From the human T2T-CHM13v2.0 reference genome, Homo sapiens, in the NCBI RefSeq assembly GCF_009914755.1, contig NC_060944.1: a stretch of 64,000 nucleotides of DNA; one strand, written 5' to 3'. The translations under genes were made by a program, and so were the position numbers. Each line of letters starts with the position of its first letter. Positions within the stretch are counted from its first letter, which is position 1. Shown here one piece after another: positions 28,266-42,164 of this stretch. A model generated the notes under the pieces. That model was not told where the DNA came from and searched no databases. It saw only the letters and a list, made by a program, of their open reading frames with translations.

Positions 28266-29604
28266 CAAAGAAAAGCAAATAGTCTCCCTTGGATTGCCCC
28301 AATACCCTACTCATTTCTTTATAAGATAAAACCACAAAAACTAACAAATGCAGAATTCTGCTTTTCACTGAGAAACGCAAAGCCACTGGTGCCTGCTTTC
28401 TTTGTTTAAAAAAAAGAGTTAGAAAGGTCATCCAAGATAGGAATAAATGGAGGCAGAGGCAAATCAATGTTTAACTTGGAAATATTTTTCAGTTAATCAT
28501 CTCTGACCGCTCACACTAAGAGGGCACTCCTAGAGTGTTGGCAAACGTGAACTGGAAGTCACTAAGCTACTAGTAAAACAGCCAGACGTCAGGATCCGTA
28601 TAATCAGAAAGCCTGAGGCTCTGTAGGTTTAACCTAAAATGGCGAGAAAACCTTCTTCTGAAAATATGATCTAGAAATATTTTGACTTCTAGACTTTTGC
28701 TTCCAAGTATGAGGATTATGAAACCATAGGACTTTCCTTGCTTTAGGATTATAAAAACCTGGGACTCATACCTGGTAGGAAATTTGTTGAAAGGTGTGGG
28801 AAATCGTCTTGGAGTCTGTGATATAGCTTTCTCTCCCTGTTTTCTTTTCTGGCATATGTAACTTTATAAAATGCTACAGAATGTGACTTAGTAGCTTTGT
28901 GGCTCTTTTGTTGGCTTTTTTGGTCATTTTGTTATAAGGAGCAATCTTTAAGAAAGGTATGGAAAGCATATGGGGCCAGTGGGGTCAATATTTGCTCTAA
29001 TGGGCAAATAGACTTTGTTAGTCTCATTTCCATTTTTTGTGTGTTTGTAGATGGCCAGCGATGAGGACAGGCTATGATTTTGACAGGCTTTGTTCATTCT
29101 TCTGTACGGGTGAAATAATTATCTGTCAAACAAAAGAAGTAACTCTTTTTGCCTTTGAATGTGACATACCCATTACATTCATGTAAAGTCGAGTTTGTAA
29201 AGAGATTCTTAGTCAAAATGTCACCCTTGACATAAGGCCATTGTGCTTGTGAACTGCTGAGCATATGGCATGCTTGCTATTCTGCGACCCACTGCTCCAA
29301 GAGTTCCCTGTGCCATGGACATTTCTTTACAAGAAGAGAGTAATGCAACTGGTGCCAAAACGATGAATATTCTAAGACCCCAAAGATGCATTTCTTTTAT
29401 GAGACCTGATCTTTCTAACATTTGGATTCTAGACACATGAAACAGCTTGCAATAATTTAGCAGCAGTGAGATTCAGCAGAGCCATATTTGAATTATTGGA
29501 AAAGTCTGAATTTTGGTTTTGCATTTAGGGAGCCTTAAAAGATCTGATTTGTAAATGCTTTTGAAGAATTCACGTGGACTAGAAGGATTTTACAGGAAAC
29601 ATGA

Positions 29605-29898
<294 letters not shown>

Positions 29899-30236
29899 TG
29901 AATGGACAGCAAGACCTTGATGGAACACACACAAAAAATTCTTCATTAAGTTTTGGCTTGGGTCTTTAATCTTGCAATGCTTTTAAATAACATTGCTTTT
30001 TGTTATTAACTATTACTTTATTTGGGGCCTGGATATCACTTCTCCTTGGCCATCACCTTGGTCCACCAGTGCTGGGAGAACTATAGGGCCATGATAAAAC
30101 CCAGTGAAATCAAATGGTAAGAGTCTGCCCATGGGTTTATCTGCCACAATAACAGATGTATTTTCTTCCTATGAAGGAATTGTTTTCTCATTCAAACTTG
30201 CCTGAAGAGAGGACAGATGGTAGGTACTCTGCCTTA

Positions 30237-30750
30237 TGTGTCGGTTAGCACTGTTACATAACAAGCTACCCCAAACTCTGTGGCCTAAAACAGTAAGATT
30301 TATTGCCCTTGGTTTGGCTGGATACTTCTGACACTGGCCAGCTCACTGTGAGTCTCTAGCCAACTGTGGGACAGATAGGGAGCTCTGTTTTTCTAGGCTG
30401 GGCTCTTTCACACGTTCAATGGCTGGCTGACTGTAGGCTGATTTAAGGTCACTTTGAATGGGACAATTGGAATCTCTTCCATGCAGTCTCATCCTCTGGC
30501 AGGCTCTTCTGGGCTTGTTCCCATGGTGGTGACAAGGATCTGAGAGACAGAAGCATGCAAGACTTCTCAAGGCCCATACTTGGAGCTGATGTGCTGATAC
30601 TTTCACTGCAAAGTTATAAGCAAATCACAAGACCAGCCCAGACTCGAAAGGGAGGGAAGTAGAATCTTCCTCTTGACGGGAGGATCCACAGAATCACATT
30701 GCAGAAAGTGTGCACACAAAGCAACCATTACTTCGCACTATGAATGCAAT
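30237..30750 (-). mobile_element. MLT1-family LTR
   Basis: 'tcggttagcactgttacataacaagctaccccaaactc...ctcatcctctggcaggc...gggcttgttcccatggtgg...aaatcacaagaccagcccagact'. Confidence 0.8.
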
Positions 30751-30854
30751 CAATATACTTCATCTTAGTTGGTAAGTAATCTTCAATAAATCTAGGGATC
30801 TCTGATCCAGGTGAAAGAGCTGTGATCCATGGCCAATTGCTCATACCATATTTC

Positions 30855-31030
30855 TCAAAATGTGGTATACAGGTATCTTCTGCATCAGATTCGCCTATGG
30901 GATTTGAGATGCCCTAGACCTACTGAATTATTATAGAATCTAATTCTGGGTCTCAGAAATCTGCTTGTTAATTAAACTTCTTCCCCAACTCCCACCCCAT
31001 AACTCTAATATTCAGGTTTGAGAATTTTTG
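30855..31030. mobile_element. Degenerate MER5-family element
   Basis: 'ttctcaaaatgtggt...ctgcatcagattcgcct...agacctactgaat...caggtttgagaat'. Confidence 0.55.
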
Positions 31031-32109
31031 TATTAGACTCACCTACTCAACGCAATCATCAAAACATGTAGATTCAAGTAATAGAACATATTTTTCGTAT
31101 CTGGAAAACTAACTCTGAAATGAATTACAAAAAATGTAGTTGGACTATTTCAGTGAATTGACTTAAACAAATTCTTACCTTCTCCCAAGTTATGATGAAT
31201 ATGTTATGTCATAGTGGCACCAGATTAACTGATAAACTCATATTGGAAAAACAAGTTTGATTGATTGCTTTTGCTTTAATAAATTTTCACTTGACTAGAA
31301 AAGAACACAGATATATAGAAGATATAAGTTTTGTCCAGTGCATCCTAGCAAGGAAGCAGGGGAGGAAAAAAGATGTCTTTACATCTTTAAAATCCTTATC
31401 TTAATCTTGAACTCAAAAGCCTTCCATAGGAGTCATCCAGATGCCCTGCAGGTAGGGACCAGCTCTATGTGTGTGTGTGTGTAGCTCTATCTTTTCATTA
31501 AAAGCTTCTTTTGAGTCACTAAAAACTTTAGATATTCTGGAAGATTCTTTTGGGGTCAAAAAATATTTTAATGAGAGCTAGAAGAAAAATCTGAAAGGGG
31601 CAAATGAGGTTTTAAACAGGCTAGTACTAAACTAGTTTCTTAGATTCTAGTCTTTACTGATACCAACTGAGCCTGCACAGAGGACCAGATTAGTCTTTTG
31701 AAAGCAGTATTGGGTGACTCTCATTCCTTGCTTGAAAACTGTTAATGATGCTTGTTGCCTCACTGGGTTTGCAAATTCAAAAGCATCAGGGGCTAGGGAA
31801 AGAAGAGTAAGTGAGTGAAACTGAATGGTTATGATTAATAGGGGGTGGTGAGGTTTCTGGTAAACTAAAAAATGCATGTCCTATTGAGAAGCAGTTAAGT
31901 TTAGATTTGCAAAAGAAAAACAAGACCTGCTCAATGGAACACATTTGTGGCTAAATTCAGCTCTTAGGCTACTTGTGTGTTACCTGTGGGCTGGCTCAAG
32001 TCCAGATTTATTAATCTGGCATTTGTGATTCTGTACAACCTAACATAGTGCTGTGAACAGAACAGGACTCTTTACTCTCATTTTTAATACAGAGAGGTGG
32101 AGGAGAAAT

Positions 32110-32290
32110 ATCATTAGGCTTTGGGAGTCTTGGGACTGAATTCTGATTCCACCACTCACTGCAGTAGTGTACAGCCTCAGATGACTCATTTTATCTGTCT
32201 CCGAGGCTTGTTTGTTTTTCATGTATACAATGTGGGCAGTAATGCCTGCCCTGCTTTGTTCATGTATTTCTTAGAAAAATAAAAGGATGC
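32110..32290 (+). mobile_element. MIR SINE
   Basis: 'ggctttgggagtc...ccactcactgcagtagtgt...tttttcatgtatacaatgtgggcagtaatgcctgccctg'. Confidence 0.55.
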
Positions 32291-32299
32291 CGTTTAGAG

Positions 32300-32835
32300 C
32301 TACAGCACCAATACTGCAGCCACTGGCCATATGGGACTACTGAGAACTTGGCATGGGTCTAGTGTGACTGAGGAACTGTATTATTTAATTGTGTTTAATT
32401 TTGATTAACTTAAATTTAAGACCTGCTTGATTCAGGTCTTTGAAAACTTTTAAGAATGCCTGATACAACTTGAATTTGCCAATCTTCTTTTTAAACTGTA
32501 AATTTTAATCTAAATATAGATCAAATACTTCTGGTGAAAATTTACCATCTGAATTGAGATGTCTGTAAATGTAAAATACACACTGGATTTTGAAGATTTA
32601 ATATAAAAAAGAATGTAAAACATATCAATAACTTTTTGTGTTGACTATATAACTTTTTATATTGATTATTTTAAATACATTGCATTAAATTAAGTATATT
32701 ATTAAATTAATTTCACCTATTTCTTTTTACATTTTAAAAAATGTAGCCAATTGATTTGGACTCTCACCTCTGGAGACAGGACTAGAAATATAAAAATTAC
32801 ATAAGTGACTCATAATACGTTTCTACTGAACACTA
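32300..32835. mobile_element. MER33/Charlie5-derived hAT element
   Basis: 'tagtgtgactgaggaactg', 'tgaaaatttaccatctgaattgagatg', 'taaaatacacactggattttgaaga', 'aaattaatttcacctatttctttttac'. Contains a foreign ~32-bp insert at ~32749-32780. Confidence 0.8.
32752..32783 (+). repeat. 32-bp direct copy of 34178-34209
   Basis: tgatttggactctcacctctggagacaggact vs tgatttggaattgcacctctggagacaggact: 29/32, last 19 bp identical. Confidence 0.85.
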
Positions 32836-33339
32836 GTGATCTATATGAAAGCTTTTAATGAACTATGATGTTATTATCAATAAATTCCACAAGTAGGTTG
32901 CAATATCTGTGAGCGTAAGGATCATCTACTATTATTTCTACTTTATTTCCCATCATATATTTAGGGCCTGGCCCAGTGCCTGGCACAAAGTAGGGGCTTG
33001 GTAAATATTCTGTGAACAAATACTTATTTAAATAAATTTAAATAGTTATTAAATGAATATGTATCCAAGCTGTGCCATTGTTTGCATTGCCTATTAAATG
33101 AGGAGGCTATAAAATGATATTTAAGTTGCTTCCAGCTCTGAAATACAATAAAATCTGACATGACAGGATACCATACAACAGGATGCAGTATTCTTTCACT
33201 CTATTTGAACATGTGTAGTCTTTTTTACTTGGCTGGGCTGCTGGGATTTTGCTATAGTCTCTTTACACAATACATGCCAATATAAGAAAGAGAAGCAAAT
33301 CTTTCTTAGATGACAAAATCTAACTCATGCTGCCAGATT

Positions 33340-33800
33340 CTGATTAGTGATAAGGGAAGCAAGACTGGCCATATCAGCAACTATATGTTGGACCTTATCA
33401 CTTTGTTTTTATTTTTGTTTTCAATCAAACTCCAGTTTTATTAGAATAATCCTCACTGCAGTAGGCATGCTTGCCTATAGATTGCAGAGGTTTTTTAATG
33501 CAGGTGGGGATTCCACACCTTGAAGTGAGAATTTGCCTCTTGGGAAGTAACGAGCTCTCCTGGAGAATGAATTGTCACCTCACATTTTCCATCTGTCCTC
33601 AAAGAAGTGTGTTTATTTTTAGCGAACATGATAAACCCCAGAGGGCATAAGTGATAGATTCCCCTAACCAGTAGGTTTCACTTTGTTTCATTTCATGTGA
33701 AGCAGAAGAGTATTCTCTTGATAATTAACCTATCAGGTTTCTGAGATGCCTGCAGCTCCTCTTATAAGGAAAAGTGTTTGTGTGTAAATTATCTATATAA
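33340..33800. promoter_or_regulatory. Candidate enhancer: GATA cluster with a MEF2 site
   Basis: Seven WGATAR sites (33348, 33395, 33629, 33652, 33719, 33730, 33789) and MEF2 ttatttttag (33613-33622) in repeat-free DNA. Confidence 0.4.
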
Positions 33801-34450
33801 TATATGCAAAAGTGTTTGTTTCCATAGGAAATGTTGCGATGCAGGTTTTTTTTTGCCATTTATAAAATGTAACATTTTGAAAGACTTTCATTTCATGAAA
33901 TTAAAGGTGGGAAACTTCACTGTAGAGTACAATTTCTTTGGAAATGAATAGCAACTTGTCATTTTCCTTTGCTTCTTGGTGATGGAAATTGTGAGGATTC
34001 CAATCTTTTCCCCTGAGAGATTATCTTCTTTTGGCTGCCATCCTAACTTTTGAGATGTTTACTCTACAAGCAATTTAAACAAAAGGGAGGAAGTGCCCTG
34101 GACTAAAGGCTGTATGTGAGCATAATGAAAAATGCTTGATACTGAATCACAGGAGTGGAAGATGGTGTGGTGACTTCTGATTTGGAATTGCACCTCTGGA
34201 GACAGGACTCTTTTGAAGAAACTGGGATAAAAGGAAAGCCTGTTGTGACAAAGCTGGCCCATTTGTAGCATAGGCATTTTCCCCTTTTTCCCGGCGTATG
34301 AGATGGTCACCCTGTGAAAACGCCTCATGACTGCTAAAGCAATCTAGTTTTCTTCTGCCCTGGAGTGGTGTCAGTGAATTAAGTTTCTGCAATGTAACTT
34401 AGAGAATACGAGAACGTCGGAGTGAAAATTGATTTAGGCAAGATTCATCA

Positions 34451-34807
<357 letters not shown>

Positions 34808-34839
34808 TTACTTACATAATTTCAAGGTATCTAAAGGTA

Positions 34840-35490
34840 AAGAAGGAAAACAGGTCTCTATGCAATGAAGAAGTGGGGCAAGATCTTCATCAAATCATAG
34901 AAACTAACATCACAAAAACGGGCAAATTGGGTATCAGAATCCTGAGATGAGACTTCAGGAAGAACACATCATTATGTAGTATTCCAGGCCCAAATTTGAT
35001 ATATGAACCTAATCATAAGGAAATGTTAGAGAAATCCAAGTTGAGAAACATTCTATAAAATAACTGAAAAGCTGAGGAATTGCTCCCAGGTTAAAGGAGA
35101 CTACAGAGCTGATAACTGAATAAAATATGTGATTATGAACTGAATCCTTTCAGAGAAATAATTGTTATAAAGGGAGTTCTTGGGGACACATGATGAAATT
35201 TGTATATGGTCTGTAGGAAGAAAATATTACATCGATGTTAAATTTCGTGAATTTGGTAACAGTACTGTGATATGTAAGAGGCTATCCTTATTCCTATGAT
35301 ATACACATGGAGGTATTTCAGAACAAGGACACGTTACATGTGTCCTAGAGTCACATGGTCCAGAAACAACTGTCTGCGACTGAGTGTATGCCTGGATACA
35401 CACACACACACACAGAAACAGAGAGGGGTTTGTGAAAGTGTTTCTGTAGATTTAAAATAATTTCAAAATAAAAGTTTTAAAAAATAAAGC
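34840..35490 (+). mobile_element. L1MC/L1ME 3' UTR fragment
   Basis: 'aacctaatcataaggaaa...aaatccaagttgagaaacattctataaaataactg...gatgttaaatttcgtgaatttggtaacagtactgtg...tttcaaaataaaagtt'. Confidence 0.75.
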
Positions 35491-36522
35491 TAATACTCCC
35501 CCCCCCCAACACACACACCTCCTCACATATGCATGCATCTGGTGGTGAAAGGTTTTATGAGAGGAGAATTTAGAATACAGAAAGTTTGAATATTGGGAGA
35601 AAGATTTGAGGAATAACTGCAAAAGCACCTTCTCATAAATATTGTTGGAAGCAGTCCTTTTACAATGACAGACTCCAGAGATTTTATGTCCATCAGGGTA
35701 ATCCCATTAAAGAAATTTCAGATGGCTGCAAAGCTGTGAGAGTCCAGGTATAGGGTGATGAAGCCCTGGTTAGGAGGTTGATTTATTGGCTGGCTTAACC
35801 CATGCGTTACTTGGAACCTGTGGAGCAGTAGTCTGGGTCAAACCTGGGTGCCCTGCACCATCCTCAGAGAGGGAAGCAGTGATGAGATTAAACCCAGGAA
35901 GGAATACATTCCCCATCCTTTAAGTGTTGCATTCCGGGGGTTGACAGCTGGCTATATATCTTCTCTTAGTAGCCTGGAATATCTGCAGTGGCTGAACGTC
36001 ACCATCTCATATGAAGCATGTGAAGGCATGTTAGTTCTTCAGGCAAACTCTCCCAACCAAATAGTGTTGATTGGTGAACCATGAGATTTCAAGTGTGCAA
36101 GCTTGCTCTTCTTTCACACTTAGGGCTGAGACAATGCACCTATATCTGCTGTGTACAGTGCTTTCTAGGAAGGGTAGGACTCACTAATCAGCCCATTAGG
36201 GTAGAGAGAATGAAGCTGTTGTTTTACCAGTCTAGAGAAAAATCTCAGTGGGATCTCCTTTAACGAACACCAGTAATCTGGTGGCACACCAACACACAGT
36301 TAGCTCTTTATACAGACATTTGCAATGCACTAGGAAGCACCCTGTGGAGTTACATAGGAAGGAAAATTCAGCCCTTTATTACTTAATCACATCACTCAAT
36401 GTTAGAGGTTTTCATTATCTCATAAAATGCTTTCCAGGGGTAGAGAAAGGTGGTTTAGAAGAAATTTTACTGACTTGCCTTGTTTCCAATTTTGTGAGCT
36501 TTCAGAAATACTTGTTCCCTCT

Positions 36523-36524
<2 letters not shown>

Positions 36525-36575
<51 letters not shown>

Positions 36576-36578
36576 ACA
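36525..36578. repeat. (CA)n microsatellite
   Basis: About 23 uninterrupted CA units followed by an interrupted tail. Confidence 0.97.
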
Positions 36579-39459
36579 TTTTAAAAACATGACTTTTTTG
36601 CAGGATTGGTTTATTTTCAAGGCCATTTTGCTTTGTTCTATTATCCATATGGTTTAAGAACTATTTTCTGTAAGGGTAAATGGCATAGAGAGCTGTAAAT
36701 AATCAAAGTGTATTTGATTACAACAGTAATTGTTTCACAGTGTTGTAGATCAAAAACATAACATAGGATGGAGCCAGTTTCAGATCTAGCAAGCTTTCAA
36801 AGCTATTGGCTTTAAAAGAATGAGGTCCTAAGACTAGGGCTTCTAGTTTTCAAAGTGCTGTGCAGAGTTTCAATCTCATGATCTCTTATCAACTCTGAAA
36901 GGGGACACCTTTGTTGTCTTTGCTGAGTAACAGTTAAAATTTTTCCATTTTAATTTCAATGGATAGCATTGTTATTTTATACAATATGAATTGTTTTATG
37001 AGGGGTTAGCTGTACAAGCTGGGGACTACAAAACTCTCTACTTATTTACTTAGTACCTAGAAAAGAAGTAAAGGAACAGAAGGAAAGGATTTTTTTTTTT
37101 TTAAACAGAGAAGAGATCAGTGACACACCTAGCCACAACTTGAGGCATTCTAGTGGGGGTTCAGTTTCCACGTACATGACTTATTTGGCAGAGCAATATG
37201 GTCCCAAGGTTTCTGATTCAACTGTCTTAAAAAAAATTTATGGCTAAAACACAAAAATTTCTGAGTGTGGGTGTGGGGGTTTTTAAGGCATAACTGTGGC
37301 GGAGTCAAAAGCTTTTTAGAAGCTCAGCAATTAAGACAGATTACTGAGATCTCTTTCTGAACAGAGATGCTGTGATCTCTTTGGGGAGGACCTGTCTGGG
37401 GAGGAAGCTGGAGGTTTCACTTCAGTGCAGAGTGAACTGGGGCAACCATCTTGCGTTCTTGAGATGGGACTGCCCTCCAGCAGGTTTTCTAACCTAGACT
37501 GCAACTTTCTTGTGAGAAAAGGAAAAATATTCTTTGGGCTACGGGCCTTCTTTAGCTAGTGGTATGTTTTGAGATGCGTGTGTGTTTTAGATTGCAAGCT
37601 TTCTAAATTTCTTTTATTTGTAAGAGTCTGTGATTCCATGTGTGTCTTTTTAGTTTGGCAGGAGCAAGTCTCAACTGAGAAAGAAGTGAACAGAAGGCTT
37701 TCTCTTTGTAGACTTCCGCATGAGATCAATTTCTTCTCAGCCCACTGTTCAGAGCAAGAACAGAAATGGAAATAGTTCTCTTTTTTTGCTGGCAACCAGG
37801 CAACTTTCCCTTGGGACAAAAAGTATCAAGGCTGATCCTGCATTTCCTCAACGTGGCAGATTGACTTTGGTTAAAGAGTCTAGTGAAATTTCCCTGTGTG
37901 AACACTAGATCCATTAGCTTTCTTCCCCAAAAGCTATTTACATGCTTGCCCTGCACATGTCTCTTGTTTTTCACCTATTTTTTTTAATTGCACCAAGCTT
38001 TGGCTCTATTTTAAACTATGTCCAGCCATTTACCATATTAAGGAAAAAAGCAGGTATTTATCTCATTCCACGAGGTGCTGATTGGTTGTAAAATGTCCTT
38101 GTAAAATCTGTTCTTGCTGTTAACCTCATTTGTATGAAGGAAAAGTATTTGGAATTTGCTAAAATTGCTGAACAAGAGGCAGAGCAGTCACTTCTGTAGC
38201 CTCGTGTTTGTTTTATGAGAAAATCCCGAGCCTCTAAGGACCTTGGTAAGTCTCCTGGTGGGTTCCTCTGGCTCTGGGTGAATCGGCCACTTGACATGGC
38301 CGTGCGCATTACTGGACTTTTCCTGTCTCATGCCTCTCCTGGGAGGGAGATTACAAGACTTCTCTTTGTAACCTAATATGATACATATCAACTTATACAT
38401 CAAGAATTCATCCTAAAAGCTAAGCTGACATCTTTCTGGACTGACTTAAAGCCAATTTTTGGTTGTTTTTTCTTTGGAGATAGAGAACTTTGATCTAATA
38501 ACACTCCATATATTACTCAACCACCCTGTGGGGCCAATCTCAGTTCCTTTAACCATTTATTCCCCTTGCGCCTTCCCAAATGTGTAATCCGTTTACATTT
38601 TCTCTTCTCTAAGTAATATATTCTTAAGGTATCTGTGACTCATTTTTTTTTGCATGCAAAATGTTGTGCTGTTTCTGTTCATGCTTCCACAGTGACCTTC
38701 TTTATCCACGTGCCAACTGTGCCATGTTTAGCCAGGCCAAGAGCATATGTGGTTTCCTTTGATGGCACAGCCCTGGTAACAGAGACAGCCATGAGAAACA
38801 GAAAGAGAATAGAAAAAAGGATCAGGCTGTGTTTCTGTCTAGAACATAGATCAGACTAAAAAGTATTCAATAAGTGAATTCTACATAAATAAAATTTCAT
38901 TTCTATGTCATTTTCCTTGCTGTCTATACCACCTTTATTAATAATTAGAAAGCTTTCTTAGTGGGATATTTTGAAATTTAAAAGTCATCCCTTTTTTAAT
39001 ATCTTCAGAATAATAAAATACATTATAACTAGAGATTTTTACGCTAATTCAACCACTATCTTAGGGTCGAAAATTGGCAATTTGGTTGATCTCCCAATAA
39101 TGGGCATTGCCCAGAAGCTATTGTGTTCCCCAAAGTAACACTGATAAGAGGAGACCACTCCCAGAATGCCATGGGCCCTTTCACTTGGAACTAGCATGGG
39201 TGTAACTTCTTTACTTCCTGAAGCTATATCAGTTACAAATATGTGGAAGCAGAGAAGATTAAGCTATTATGGAGAATTTTCTTCTGAATAATTCATATTA
39301 TTTTTCCTGGGTAGAATTGTTCATTCCCAGCTCCCTCCCTTCAGATACGAACTAAATTTTGAAAGTTCAGTACATTTTTTTCTGAACATAGAATTCTGAC
39401 CATGATAATAGGTTCTGGGAACGATCTGAGTTTTCAGTATTCCAGTGAACAGGATGTAA

Positions 39460-39623
39460 TAAAAACTTCATAAAGAACCAACACTTTGTCATGTACTTCG
39501 AACATTGTTTCACTAATAGTGATTTTCTAGTTTTTAGCTCTTGAGAGCAAGTAACTTATCATCTTAGCTTAATTATTCATGGCCCTAAAATAAAACAAGA
39601 ACACCCTTCCAAGTCATATTTTA
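39460..39623 (+). repeat. Inverted repeat arm A (matches 42619-42782 on the opposite strand)
   Basis: 164 bp, 8 mismatches, no gaps by manual alignment (~95%). Confidence 0.95.
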
Positions 39624-40067
39624 GTAAGAATTGTCCTAATCTCAAAATCCCATATTTTAAATCAGTGAGATTTTAGGTTTTGTCACTTTCATGGTAAGTT
39701 TTTTTTTTTTTTTTCATTCTGGAAGCTTTGCCATCAATTCATTTTCTGCATGATCTGGTTTTCGATTGTCTTTGTTAATGCAGAGCCATCTTGCTCAGTA
39801 AGAAATGAGCATGCAAGGACCCAAGGCCAAGGAGTTGATGTTATTTAAGCCTTTCTGGGGCAGAAGCTGTTTAGAAAAGCCTGTTTCCCTTGCTAAGTAA
39901 CTCATCTAGAGTCGTGGGTAGTTCTCTTGTTGTTTCCCTAGTCAAGACATCAGGTTCTTTACTGTCTCATCTACATCAAATAAAAGCTTGAATCTTGCAG
40001 AATAGATGGAATTTATTTAGATGTCTGTTACTTCATATTTATGTCCTCCCTCCCAATGGCTATAACA

Positions 40068-40113
40068 ATCCTTAGCTTTTTGTGACAAAACATGCACAAT
40101 CCCAACCCTCTCT
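40068..40113 (+). repeat. Inverted repeat arm B (matches 42782-42827 on the opposite strand)
   Basis: 46 bp, 6 mismatches, no gaps. Confidence 0.9.
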
Positions 40114-40719
40114 TTCTTCTTTCTTCTTTCCCTCCTTTCCCTTTTGGAAGGGCACTCTTAGAGAGAAGGATTGGTTTTTAGACTACCATTGCTACAGTCT
40201 GAATGCCTTAGTGGGAAGGGTTGAGAGGACTGATTTAATAACTCAAGTATTTATTGAGTGTCTACTAGATGCTAGAGATTGAGGTTACCTGAGTTTGGCT
40301 TGTGCATCTCTCACTTCCAGAATGGCAGCAGTAGGGACAAACTGAAGTAGTGCTGTTCTGAGCTTGCTGGTGTGCAAGTGTTATTAAGATGACTTCACAA
40401 TGGCAAATTGGAATAGAGTACTTGAGACCCAGCTAGTGGTATCTCTTAGGCTATAGGAAAGAAAGCAGAGAAAGATTAAGAGTGACTGCCATCCAAGCAT
40501 GGGGGAACTCCAAGTTCTCTTTGAGGAAGAAAATAGAAGCATGTATGGACCAGGGCAGTTGTTTCACCTGGTTGAACAGGCTTCTTGGTATAGACAAAGG
40601 CAAAGCACTCAAGAAGACATCTGTCTGCTGCTGAGGTAGTGGGACAGACAGGGCATAGGGGACTCTTTTTTACTTATTTTGCCTCAAATGCTATAACCCT
40701 GCAAGGAGAAATAAAAGCT

Positions 40720-40925
40720 AGCATTCGTGGAGTACTTACTATGCGGTAGGATTTATTTTCAGCCCTTTATATGTAATATCTAATTTAAACCTCATAGCAA
40801 CCTGGAAAAGCAGGCACTATTATTTTTCCGAAGAGGAAACTAAAATACAAAGTGTTTGAGTGCCTTGCCTAAATTCACGTAGCTAGCAAAAGATGGAGCC
40901 AGGCAGTCAGATTCCATAGGCTGAG
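40720..40925 (-). mobile_element. MIR SINE
   Basis: 'gcattcgtggagtacttactatgc...taatttaaacctcatagcaacc...gaggaaactaaa...cttgcctaaattcacgtagctag'. Confidence 0.75.
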
Positions 40926-41794
40926 ACCCCTTATCAGAAAATTGGACTCCTTGGGAGCAGGTTTCTTGTGCCAGAAACTGCAGGGAAAAAAAGGTACAGA
41001 ATCTCTAACAGAAAGTTAGTTTCTGATAGAATTTAGATGATTTTGTTAGTTTGTCTATAGGCATGGAATCATTTGATATAGGGGGAGGGTGCATGGTCAT
41101 ATTTGATGAGCACACACATTTCTTCAAATTTCCCCAAATTTGCTCAGAGTTTGGAAACTTCAGTCCATGAAGCTCTTGTAGGTAGTTTTGTTCTTTTAGA
41201 AAAACTCATTCTCCAGAGCTGGCAAAGCAGAGCCCTGGAGCTCCCCGGGGACAGTGGGAAAATTTTTTCTCTTAAGTCAATTGAGCTAAAGCACCAGCAA
41301 AGTGGCATTTTATAGAAGAGCCTTGATCAAAGTCAGTAAAGCTGAGTATATTTCCTTAAACATATCTTTAGGTAAACAGGGAGGATGCAATAAGATTTTA
41401 AAATAACACAGTTCAGTCAGTGAAACAATTGAAGATACCCATCTGATTTAAACTGAATTCAGCAACTGCAACAATACTATCTGATGAAGGAGATTTTGTG
41501 TCACATGTTCAAAGCTGGCTTTAAGTCTTAAGAGGTATCAAAATAATCAAAGTGTTTTCTTTGCCCTTAGCCATCAATGAGAAAGAATTATAAATGGTTG
41601 AAATATTTATGTTAATCAGAAACCGCAGTTGGGAAGTGAAAAGAAAGGCTGTTTCTGAGCAGAAAACAAGGAGGAGTGACCCTGTTATTACAGCTTCTGT
41701 CTTAGAACAGTTATACACTCTCTGCTTCAGATCCTAGCTCCAGGATATCCCAGGCTTCTTGGAGGAGGCCTTTTAATGTGAGGGGAATCAGAAT

Positions 41795-41960
41795 TGCTAA
41801 AGGGATCCTCAAACTTCATGAATTAACCTAATCATCTGGAGTGATTTTTTAAAGATACAGATTCCAGGCCTCCCTTGGAACTTCTGCTCTAATAGGTTCA
41901 GATTGGAATCCAGGAATATGAATAACAAGTCTCCCCGTATGAGAGTCCTATGATCAATCA
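41795..41960. mobile_element. MER5B-like element
   Basis: 'cctcaaactt...aatcatctggagtg...aaagatacagattccaggcc...ccaggaatatg'. Confidence 0.55.
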
Positions 41961-42164
41961 GGACCGGGAGCCACATTTTGGTGTACCCATTTTACAGATG
42001 AGTAGACTGAGACTTGGCAAGGATAATTTACACGCTTGATCGCTGCTCTAGATGTGGAGCTGAGACTCGAATCTAGAATCTCTCTCTCTCTTTTTTTTTT
42101 TGACTCTAGATTGAGTGCTTTTAAAATGTCTTTGGGTACATGTGAATTGGGCAGTTAGAGATGA

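Noticed and set aside
27996-28268. His/Thr-rich ORF
   Set aside because: It is a translation of a (CA)n-type microsatellite.
39685-39700. Consensus donor ATG|GTAAGT (others near 30771 and 53670)
   Set aside because: Isolated donor hexamers are common, and I could define no convincing upstream exon.
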